64,000 nucleotides of DNA from a bacterium. Lineage in GTDB: Bacteria; Patescibacteriota; Microgenomatia; Daviesbacterales; UBA10151. A model generated the notes under the pieces. The model had not been told where the DNA came from and made no database searches. It was given only the letters and a program-made list of their open reading frames with translations. The number at the start of each line of letters is the position of its first letter. Within the stretch, counting starts at the first letter, position 1. The position numbers and the translations under genes are program-made. The DNA is taken from contig JAJYIE010000003.1 in the NCBI GenBank assembly GCA_021790255.1, positions 68 through 64,067 of the forward strand, given 5' to 3'. Shown here in pieces: positions 38,519 through 46,983 of the stretch.

Positions 38519-39583
38519 ATGGATTTTGCTGCCCCCCTTACAGACAAGCAAAATAAATCAGATACCATCACCAAAATCCGTACTCAGCTAACTCAGGCCA
38601 GCCTACCTGCTGATTTTAAAGAGCGGCTGGAAGAGCAAATGGGACGAGTTGAGACAATAATCGCCTCAACCGGATACAGGCCGGAGCTTGATAGGGATCT
38701 TGAATATATCCGTTTTGTTTCCGAGTTGCCCTTTGCCAGGTCCAGCCAGGATATACTGGATCTTCACCGGGCAGCAGAGATTTTAAACCGCAACCATTAC
38801 GGGTTGGTTACGGTCAAGGACAGGGTGTTGGAATATTTATCAATGCTGATTTTAAACACCCACCAAGGCACGCGGCTGAAAGCATCTGTTCTGGCCTTTG
38901 TTGGGTTGGCCGGGACAGGAAAAACTTCTCTGGCCTATTCTATTGCCGAAAGTTTGGGCAGGCAGCTGATCAGGTTACCTTTCGGAGGGTTGGGGTCAGT
39001 TAAGGAGTTACGGGGTGAATCAAGGATTAGGCTGGAGGCGGAGCCGGGCCGGCTGATAAAATCTATTCACGCAACCGGATACAATAATCCGGTAGTTTTA
39101 CTTGATGAAATTGATCGTATCTCGGAAGATGCACGGGCGGATGTGATGGGGGTTTTGGTTGAGCTTTTGGACCCCGAGCAAAATTTTGCCTTTATGGATT
39201 ACTATATTGACTACCCGTTTGATTTATCCAAAGTATTGTTTATTGCCACAGCCAACAACACCACCAATATCGCCACAGCTGTGTTGGACCGTCTGGAAGT
39301 TATTGAAATGCCCTCTTATACTGACGAGGAAAAGATTACCATCGGTCGGCAGTATATTTTGCCGAAGATTACTAAAGAAGCGGGAGTGCCGCAGCAGATG
39401 ATTGTTATTGACGATAATCTCTGGCCGGACATTGTTCGCCCTCTCGGGTTTGATTCCGGTATCCGTTCCTTGAAGCGGACTATTGAGGGGATCGTTCGTA
39501 AGGTAGCACGGGAGATGGTGGAGGGCAGACAGGGACCGTTTAGGATAACGGCTCAAAATATGGCCCAATATTTAGGGGCGTAA
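38519..39583 (+). CDS. Lon-like AAA+ ATPase lacking both the N-terminal LON substrate domain and the C-terminal S16 protease domain
   Basis: HYGLVTVKDRVLEYLS, Walker A GLAGTGKTSLA, Walker B VVLLDEIDR and ...LDRLEVIEM...EEK align with the Lon middle and AAA module. The ORF ends 3 nt before rnj. Confidence 0.7.
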   Translation: MDFAAPLTDKQNKSDTITKIRTQLTQASLPADFKERLEEQMGRVETIIASTGYRPELDRDLEYIRFVSELPFARSSQDILDLHRAAEILNRNHYGLVTVKDRVLEYLSMLILNTHQGTRLKASVLAFVGLAGTGKTSLAYSIAESLGRQLIRLPFGGLGSVKELRGESRIRLEAEPGRLIKSIHATGYNNPVVLLDEIDRISEDARADVMGVLVELLDPEQNFAFMDYYIDYPFDLSKVLFIATANNTTNIATAVLDRLEVIEMPSYTDEEKITIGRQYILPKITKEAGVPQQMIVIDDNLWPDIVRPLGFDSGIRSLKRTIEGIVRKVAREMVEGRQGPFRITAQNMAQYLGA

Positions 39584-39585
39584 AT

Positions 39586-41292
39586 ATGGCTCAGCAAAAC
39601 TTTAAACTAAAACAATTTAACTATCGGGGCCAATCCAGCGCCCCGCAACTGCGCCTTATTCCCCTTGGCGGAATCGGAGATGTGACAAAAAACATGTATG
39701 TTTATGAATTCGGCCAGGATATTATTGTGGTTGATTGCGGGATAGGTTTTCCGGATGAGGGAATGCCTGGAATAGATTTGGTTATTCCAGACGCTTCCTA
39801 TCTTTTTGAGCGGAAAAAGCAAGTCCGCGGGATTGTTATTACCCATGCTCACGATGATCATATCGGCGGGTTGCCGTTTATCTGGCCGAGCTTAGAGGTC
39901 CCAATTTATGCCCAGCGCCTGGCAGCAGCTTTTATCAAAAATAAATTCACTGAGCATCATTTGCCTGAGTTCCAGATCCATACTGTTGACATTAAAACTA
40001 AGCTTGATTTAGGTCCGTTCCGTGTTTCCTTTTACCAGGTTTCCCATTCAGTGCCGGATTCCACCGGCCTGATCATTGAAACCCCGGCCGGCCACATCAT
40101 CCACCAGTCTGATTTTAAACTTGACTGGACTCCCCTCAACGGACAGATCACGGAAATCGGGAAAATTGCCCTGGCAGCGGAAAAGGGTATCAAGTTAATG
40201 CTGATTGATTCTCTGGGGGTGGAAAAGCCCGGTTACAGCCTGACGGAAAGAGCAATCCAGCCTACCTTTGAGGCAATTGAGCGTAAAACCCGCGGCAAGA
40301 TGCTTATTACTACAACCTCTTCCAATATCAGCAGGATCCAGCAGGCAATTAATGTTGCGGCTTTATCCGGGCGTAAAGTTGCCTTGATCGGCCGCTCGAT
40401 GGACAGCAATTTCCAGGTGGCCCGGGATTTAGGGTATTTGCAGGTTTCGCCGGGGGCGATTATTGCTCCTGATGAGGTCAAGCAGTTTCAGCCTCACAAG
40501 CTGCTTCTTTTGGTCGCCGGGTCTCAAGGCCAGCCTGGTTCAGCCCTTTCCCGGGTGGCCAACAATGACCATAAACAGGTTAGTTTAAAGCTTGGTGATG
40601 CAGTGGTTTTTTCAGCCGACCCAATTCCCGGCAGCGAAACAGCCCAATATTCGCTGATTGATCAGCTGACCAAAATGGGAGTAGATGTTTACTACACAGC
40701 CCTGACAGACGCTCTCCACGTCAGCGGCCACGAAACGGCGGAGGAAATTAAGGTGATGCTGGGTGTAGTCCGGCCGGAGTTTCTGATGCCGATTGGGGCT
40801 ACGCGCCGGCATATGAAAGCCTTTGCCGACCTGGCAGTGGAAATGGGTTGGCAGCGTGACCGGGTAATGCTGCCTGACGACGGACAGGTTGTCAATATCA
40901 CTCCCCAAAATGTGGCCCTGAACGGTAAAATTGATGTCAAAAATATTTATGTGGACGGGCTTGGTGTTGGTGACGTGGGGACGGTGGTTTTGCGGGACCG
41001 CAAAGTTATGGCGGAAGAGGGTGTGGTTTTGGTGGTTGTGCCTGCAGATATGCATACCAGCCAGTTGGCAGGGGAGATAGACGTTGTTTCACGGGGATTT
41101 ATTTTTGAAAGGGAGAATGAAGGGCTTTTGGCCGCAGCCAAACAGGTTGTCAGTAAAGTTTTGGAAAGCCACCAAGGTGCAGAGCTGGATTGGCGGTTCA
41201 TCCGCCGCCATATCGAGGAAGATTTGCAGAGGTTTTTCTACGAAAAAACCCAGCGCCGTCCGATGATAATTACCCAGGTAGTGGAAGTGTAA
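39586..41292 (+). CDS. rnj: ribonuclease J (metallo-beta-lactamase/beta-CASP RNase)
   Basis: HAHDDHIGG zinc motif, beta-CASP region, RNase J C-terminal domain. Confidence 0.9.
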   Translation: MAQQNFKLKQFNYRGQSSAPQLRLIPLGGIGDVTKNMYVYEFGQDIIVVDCGIGFPDEGMPGIDLVIPDASYLFERKKQVRGIVITHAHDDHIGGLPFIWPSLEVPIYAQRLAAAFIKNKFTEHHLPEFQIHTVDIKTKLDLGPFRVSFYQVSHSVPDSTGLIIETPAGHIIHQSDFKLDWTPLNGQITEIGKIALAAEKGIKLMLIDSLGVEKPGYSLTERAIQPTFEAIERKTRGKMLITTTSSNISRIQQAINVAALSGRKVALIGRSMDSNFQVARDLGYLQVSPGAIIAPDEVKQFQPHKLLLLVAGSQGQPGSALSRVANNDHKQVSLKLGDAVVFSADPIPGSETAQYSLIDQLTKMGVDVYYTALTDALHVSGHETAEEIKVMLGVVRPEFLMPIGATRRHMKAFADLAVEMGWQRDRVMLPDDGQVVNITPQNVALNGKIDVKNIYVDGLGVGDVGTVVLRDRKVMAEEGVVLVVVPADMHTSQLAGEIDVVSRGFIFERENEGLLAAAKQVVSKVLESHQGAELDWRFIRRHIEEDLQRFFYEKTQRRPMIITQVVEV

Positions 41293-41687
41293 GTCTCTTT
41301 TATCGATCTGCTATTTAAAAAACGATACCGATCTGGAAAATGAAGGATGTTATATGTAGTGGCTGAAATAACCAGGGAGTCCACTGCTATTACAGCGGGA
41401 TGAGCAAGATGATTTGTTGTAAATGCCCAGAGTGTCAACAAAATTAGCAGCGAAAGGTAGCTGACCCAGTGTGAATATGAAGAGTTTTTACGGAAATTTT
41501 GACCATCAAACTTGGCAACAAGCAGGATAATCCGGGAGTGGCGGGGGTTGTAACGCTCCCAAACAACCCCCGCTAGCCAACCCGGCAATGATTCCGAAAA
41601 ATTTCCGTCCGGTAAAGTATAACAAGAGTTTTTCGAATATCCAGCAGCTGGATCCGGATAAATTGCCGATTATTTGTTTCCCCGTAG

Positions 41688-42596
41688 TTAGGACATGACC
41701 TTGGAAACAAACTGGATAGGTGTCTGCAAGTCTAAAGACAAGTGTAAACGAAAATTATTGTAGTAATCAATATATTCCCTTAAGTCTTTCTTGATAGTTT
41801 TTTCTTTAGGCAATACTCCATTAAAACATTCTTCCTGAATAGTTCTGTTAAATCTTTCAATATGGGCATTGTCATTAGGTTTCCTAATGCTGGAATGTCT
41901 CAGTTGAATGGAAGATCTGTAGAGTAGGTAGGTAAACCCGTCCTTAAATTCAGGCCCATGATCTGTTTGAAGCATTTTGAAGTTAAATCCTAAATACTTT
42001 TGAGCATTTTTAACTACTAAGTAACTAATGCTTTGTTTTAATTTAGTTTGATACTCAGCATATGCCAACCTTGAGGAGAAATCAATTAGGCAGTAGATGT
42101 AGTATCTTGATCCATCACCCCTCATTACATGGATGGTATCCATTTGCACTAGATCTCCTGGTGATTTAGCTTCAGGTCTAGGGTAGCAGCTCTTTAAAAA
42201 CCTAGATAGTTTTTTCTTTCTGATTAACCCTTCTTTTTTAAGTACCCTGCCAACAGTTCTGACACTGATTTTGTATCCTTCAGAGATTAAATGAGCATGA
42301 ATAACTGGAGCACATCTTTTGTATTTTCTTCTCAACTCAGTAATTCTTTCAACCAGCTGATCAGATGTCTGATGAGGGTGATGGTTTGGAGCAGAGGATT
42401 GTGTAGAGATGAAAAGTATTCTGTGGTCTTTGGGAAATTTCCTCACCCACTTTGTAATAGTTGCCCTTTGTACACCATACATCCTGGCAACTGTAGCTTT
42501 TTTCAACCCACCCTTAACTACAAGTTTGGCTGCCTCATATCTGGCTTTGGCAGCATATGGTGAAGATGTATATGCCATAACTGGTAAGTTTGCCAC
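41688..42596 (-). CDS. IS481-family DDE transposase (HTH + rve integrase core)
   Basis: N-terminal HTH (ATVARMYGVQRATITKWV), DDE core (QMDTIHV...IDFSSR...LQTDHGPEF...NAHIERFNRT). Confidence 0.8.
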   Translation of the reverse strand: MANLPVMAYTSSPYAAKARYEAAKLVVKGGLKKATVARMYGVQRATITKWVRKFPKDHRILFISTQSSAPNHHPHQTSDQLVERITELRRKYKRCAPVIHAHLISEGYKISVRTVGRVLKKEGLIRKKKLSRFLKSCYPRPEAKSPGDLVQMDTIHVMRGDGSRYYIYCLIDFSSRLAYAEYQTKLKQSISYLVVKNAQKYLGFNFKMLQTDHGPEFKDGFTYLLYRSSIQLRHSSIRKPNDNAHIERFNRTIQEECFNGVLPKEKTIKKDLREYIDYYNNFRLHLSLDLQTPIQFVSKVMS

Positions 42597-42640
42597 CTAC
42601 CAGAAAATTTGTCTAAATTGTTTCCAAGCTATTGACCAAT
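41690..42640. mobile_element. IS481-family insertion sequence (single DDE transposase ORF, imperfect terminal inverted repeats with core CTTGGAAACAA)
   Basis: AT-rich block between rnj and ftsK. IR core at 41699..41710 and its reverse complement at 42619..42630. Exact ends are uncertain. Confidence 0.6.
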
Positions 42641-42754
42641 TGCGTTTCCATCCTATAGTTTATAGAGTGTGGTATAATAGATGGGAAAGTCAAAAGTGAT
42701 AAGTAAGAAGGAAAAAACTTTCAACTTCTAACTTTTTACTTTATACTTAGATCC

Positions 42755-44860
42755 ATGCCCAGACGAAGATCAATTTATTCCATGCCCAAACTGAAGCTTC
42801 GCCAAAAAACCGTTATTACCGTAGGTACCCTGGTTTCTTTTATCCTGGCTGCCCTTTCTGCTGTAGCCTTAACTTCCGCTACCCCGGCTTTAGCTTTCTG
42901 GCGGGATTTTTTGGTAGCTAACCTGGGCTGGCCGGCTATTTTTACACCGCTGATTTTTCTGGTCAGCGGGTTGGTGCTACAAAAGATACGTTGGTCTTTT
43001 GCCCAGACTAATGTCCTGATCGGCCTGTTAACGATAGCCGTGACACTATCCAGCTTGACATCTCCTGTTTCCGGAGAGCAGGCAGGTAACCTCGGCAACT
43101 TTGTCTGGCTGGAGCTTGCTGCCCTTCTGGGTAAATTTGGAACAATGGCGCTTCTGGTGGGAGTGTTTTTAATCGGGGTGGTGGTACTCTTTGATACCTC
43201 ACCCGAGCAGGCCTTTGCTGTACTTGGCGGCCTGTGGAGTTTCTTGAGGGACAAAATTTGGCAGCCGTTATCAGCCGGTGGCCGTGCCGGTGGTCTGCAG
43301 CCGCGCAAGCTGGCTATTAAAGTTTCCGGCATGGAGGAAAGGTCAGCCAAGGCTTCTCCCAAGGCAGTGCCTGCTGAAGCTCCGATGATGGCTGACCAGC
43401 TGGTACAAAATGTGGCCGGACAAAACCAAATCTGGAAGTACCCGCCTCTTTCCCTACTTTCGGATAAAATCGGGGCAACCGCCGACCGGGGGGATGTCAA
43501 CAAAAGCGCTGACAGAATTGAAGACACCCTGGATTCATTCGGGATTCAGGCGAAGGTGGTAGAGGTCAACGGTGGCCCCGCCGTGACCCAGTATGCGCTG
43601 GAAGTGCCGCCTGGTGTCAAGATTGCCAAGATTACTAATCTACAGCATGATTTGGCGATGACCCTGGCTACTCCCACCGGCACGGTGAGGATTGAAGCGC
43701 CTATCCCCGGCAAATCCTTAGTGGGCATTGAGGTGCCTAACCATTCGCTGGAAATGGTGGGACTGAAAAATATTCTTTCATCAGAGGAGATGACTAAAAA
43801 CAAAGCCAAGCTGGCGGTAGCTCTGGGCAGGGATACTTCTTCCAAACCGGTTGTCATTGACTTGGCTAAAATGCCGCACTGTCTGGTGGCAGGAACTACC
43901 GGTTCCGGAAAATCCGTCCTTATCAATGCTTTTATCTGCAGCCTGCTTTTTCGCAATTCGCCTGAGGAACTGAAGCTAATTTTAGTTGACCCGAAAAGGG
44001 TAGAGCTGACCAATTATAACGGTATCCCCCATCTTTTAACTCCGGTTATTACCGATCCGGAAAAGATTTTGTCGGCGCTAAAATGGGCAATAGCGGAGAT
44101 GGACCGCCGCTATAAGCTGTTTCAATCGGTGGGGGTGAGGAATATCCAGGGATATAACGAGATGTCCGGTTTTCAGGCTCTGCCGAACATTGTTATCCTA
44201 GTTGACGAGTTGGCTGATCTGATGATGTTTGCCCCGGTTGAGGTGGAGGATGCTATTACCAGAATTGCCCAATTGGCCCGGGCGACCGGAATCCATATGG
44301 TTCTGGCTACTCAACGGCCGAGTGTGGATATTATCACGGGCCTGATCAAGGCCAACATCCCCTGCCGGATTGCTTTCAACGTTTCCTCGATGATTGATTC
44401 CCGGGTAATTATTGACCAACCGGGGGCTGAGAAACTGTTGGGCCGTGGAGATATGCTTTACCTGCCGCCGGATGCTTCCAAGCCGATGCGTATCCAGGGA
44501 GCCCGGGTAACTGATGAGGAAATTAACAACCTGATTAAATACTTAACCTCTCTAGGTGTAGCGCCTCAATATACGGATGAGGTAACGGAGATGCCATTGG
44601 GTAAATGGGGCGGCCGGATGAGGGTAGGGGACGGCCAGGATGATTTGTTTGAGGACGCGGTCAGGACGGTTTGCCAATACGACCGGGCTTCGGCATCCTT
44701 GCTGCAGCGGCGCCTGCGTGTTGGGTACGCTCGGGCGGCCCGGATTATTGACGAGTTGGAATCAGCCGGCATTATCGGCCCCGGTGACGGTAGTAAGTCC
44801 AGAGATGTGTTGGTGCGAAATGCTGACGAATACTTTAGCCAAAAAGATGTCTCGGAATAA
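42755..44860 (+). CDS. ftsK: DNA translocase FtsK/SpoIIIE
   Basis: N-terminal TM domain, motor domain with Walker A VAGTTGSGKSV, and a C-terminal gamma-like domain. Confidence 0.9.
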   Translation: MPRRRSIYSMPKLKLRQKTVITVGTLVSFILAALSAVALTSATPALAFWRDFLVANLGWPAIFTPLIFLVSGLVLQKIRWSFAQTNVLIGLLTIAVTLSSLTSPVSGEQAGNLGNFVWLELAALLGKFGTMALLVGVFLIGVVVLFDTSPEQAFAVLGGLWSFLRDKIWQPLSAGGRAGGLQPRKLAIKVSGMEERSAKASPKAVPAEAPMMADQLVQNVAGQNQIWKYPPLSLLSDKIGATADRGDVNKSADRIEDTLDSFGIQAKVVEVNGGPAVTQYALEVPPGVKIAKITNLQHDLAMTLATPTGTVRIEAPIPGKSLVGIEVPNHSLEMVGLKNILSSEEMTKNKAKLAVALGRDTSSKPVVIDLAKMPHCLVAGTTGSGKSVLINAFICSLLFRNSPEELKLILVDPKRVELTNYNGIPHLLTPVITDPEKILSALKWAIAEMDRRYKLFQSVGVRNIQGYNEMSGFQALPNIVILVDELADLMMFAPVEVEDAITRIAQLARATGIHMVLATQRPSVDIITGLIKANIPCRIAFNVSSMIDSRVIIDQPGAEKLLGRGDMLYLPPDASKPMRIQGARVTDEEINNLIKYLTSLGVAPQYTDEVTEMPLGKWGGRMRVGDGQDDLFEDAVRTVCQYDRASASLLQRRLRVGYARAARIIDELESAGIIGPGDGSKSRDVLVRNADEYFSQKDVSE

Positions 44861-44880
44861 TCTGTTAAAGTGTCATTATT

Positions 44881-45681
44881 ATGGATGATCCAGCCGCTTT
44901 AGAAAAAGGTATAACGACCGAACCTATAAAATCCTCCAAATCTTGGGATTTTTTAAAAACCTTTGGAACAAAGCTCAAAAATAGGACTGAGGCCAAACCT
45001 CACGTTTACCCTGAATCACCGGCTTTAGTTCAAGAGGCCCGGAATCAGTTAATAGATAAAATACTAACGGGAGGTTTAAAATCCAGTGAGACTGTAGTAC
45101 AAGAGGGTGGCCAGTTTTTGGGGTCAATCGACAAGGAATCGATGCCTTATATTTTTGGGCGGGACTTAAAACCGGTGGATCAATACCACGATCAGGCTAC
45201 ATTCCGACGGGCTTTGGACCAGGTTTTATATATGGGGGATTCTAGCTGTTTGCCGGTAGTTACCGAACGCCCAGGAGAATCAGCAGTCCAAAGACATTTG
45301 GTCAGATCTACCAAAGCAGAGCGAGATGAAATTTCTCGGCGAGCTTCCTCTTCTTTTTTAGTGGTTTGTAAAAGTAACTCTAACTCTGATTATGCCAGAA
45401 CAGAAGACCAGACTAAACCAGGCGACTTTGCCTACGTTGTCTTTCCGGAGCAGGTTTTAAGTGAATACGGTGCAGACAAGTTGGCTCAAAAAGGCTTGAA
45501 AATTGCATCGGTTAGTCGAGTGGTAAAACGCAGTTTGTTAATGGGTGACCCAGTTGATATACCTGACTATGAAGGAGCGCTTGAGGAGATTGTGCAAGAA
45601 CTGAACTCCCCGATTTGGGTCCACGCTGTCAGGTTACCTTTAAAAGAAGATTTAGAGAAAAGTGGGCAGATTCAAAAGTAA
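44881..45681 (+). CDS. hypothetical protein (266 aa), AT-rich
   Basis: ORF with no recognisable motif. Lower GC than flanking genes. Confidence 0.5.
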   Translation: MDDPAALEKGITTEPIKSSKSWDFLKTFGTKLKNRTEAKPHVYPESPALVQEARNQLIDKILTGGLKSSETVVQEGGQFLGSIDKESMPYIFGRDLKPVDQYHDQATFRRALDQVLYMGDSSCLPVVTERPGESAVQRHLVRSTKAERDEISRRASSSFLVVCKSNSNSDYARTEDQTKPGDFAYVVFPEQVLSEYGADKLAQKGLKIASVSRVVKRSLLMGDPVDIPDYEGALEEIVQELNSPIWVHAVRLPLKEDLEKSGQIQK

Positions 45682-45998
45682 TTATCCCGCTAGCGTTTTA
45701 AGGTTGAGAATATTCTAGCAACAGTTTTTCCTTATCTTCCCGGACTTTGCGGACGCGGTGCATTGCTGGTCTAGCATTTTCATCCGGTTGTTTAAGGCCT
45801 GGCTCTGCTTTAAGATATGGAGCAAAAGGAGATTTAATGTATTTAACTAAGGTGTCGATCTGATGCTCGCGGGTTTTAAATAGATTTAGTTCAGACTGGA
45901 ACAGTCAGTATTCTCCTTGGTCATAGAATTATTATGATCCGGGAAAGGTGATTTTCTCAACAGTAACTTTGACAGATTAAACTCTCAAGCCTTACAAT

Positions 45999-46643
45999 TT
46001 GCTCATGCGCACTGTCGGGCAGATTTTTAAGGAAACCCGCGAAGAGAAGGTCTACAGTTTAGAAGAGGTAGAAAAAGCCACAAAGATCAGAAAAGAATTA
46101 CTGGTTGCTCTGGAGTCCGATGATTACAGCAAACTTCCTCCCGCCACCTTTGTACAGGGATTTATCAAAAATTACGCCAAGTTTTTAGGTTTGGACTGCG
46201 AAAAGATGCTGGCAGTTTTCCGGCGGGGATTTTCCGATAAAAAACACGCGCCTTATGTGATGGACGCCTTTGCTCACCCGGTGCAAAATTCCCGTTTTAA
46301 ACTTGCACCCGGCCAGGTTTTAGGCGGGATGATCGTGCTTTTAGTGCTGACTTTTTTCGGGTATTTGTGGGTGCAATACCACCAGTTCGTGGGAGCACCT
46401 GCTCTAACCATTAGTTCCCCTGCCGACCAGCTGACTGCCGATGAGCCAACCATTACCCTAAAAGGCCAGACTGATCCGGATGCTAAAATTACAGTTAACG
46501 GCCAGGATGTGGCAGTGGATGCCAGCGGGAATTTTCAAGAAGATATCACCCTGTCCGCTCCTGTTAATAAACTAACTATTACCTCAATCTCTCATTTCGG
46601 CCAACAAGCTACGCAGGAAAGGACGGTGTATTTAAAAAGATAG
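45999..46643 (+). CDS. rodZ: RodZ-like cytoskeleton protein (XRE-type HTH + TM + C-terminal domain)
   Basis: HTH (LEEVEKATKIRKELLVALESDDYSKLP), a single TM helix, and a beta-rich C-terminal domain. Confidence 0.55.
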   Translation: MLMRTVGQIFKETREEKVYSLEEVEKATKIRKELLVALESDDYSKLPPATFVQGFIKNYAKFLGLDCEKMLAVFRRGFSDKKHAPYVMDAFAHPVQNSRFKLAPGQVLGGMIVLLVLTFFGYLWVQYHQFVGAPALTISSPADQLTADEPTITLKGQTDPDAKITVNGQDVAVDASGNFQEDITLSAPVNKLTITSISHFGQQATQERTVYLKR

Positions 46644-46701
46644 GTATAGTTGAAATAGAAAACTAAACGCTATACGCTATTTACTAGACGCTGATTTTAA
46701 T

Positions 46702-46983
46702 ATGGATATATTACAATTTGCCCTGGTTTTTTTAGTATTATTGCTGGGGACAATGCTGACCATTTTAGGGGTGCAGGTATTCTTTATCCTCCGGGATTTG
46801 CGCAGATCTTTGGACAAACTGGATAACCTGCTCTCTGATGCACAAATTATTGCTGATGATGTAGAAAAGCCCCTTAAGGCTGCGGCGGATATTGGTGAGG
46901 CAATGGAAGCGGGAGCCAAGATGGCTCAGGCAATTGCCCGGGTCAGCAGCCCTGCACGCAGATTGTTTTTTAAGAAACACTAG
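46702..46983 (+). CDS. small membrane protein, DUF948-like (N-terminal TM + coiled coil)
   Basis: Architecture only. The 3' end overlaps the alaS 3' end by 14 bp (convergent). Confidence 0.4.
   Translation: MDILQFALVFLVLLLGTMLTILGVQVFFILRDLRRSLDKLDNLLSDAQIIADDVEKPLKAAADIGEAMEAGAKMAQAIARVSSPARRLFFKKH

Noticed and set aside
41238-41588. 116-aa minus-strand ORF overlapping the rnj 3' end and the perfect hairpin
   Set aside because: It overlaps rnj by about 55 bp, has no recognisable domains, and is better explained as non-coding spacer containing a hairpin. It is not listed as a feature.
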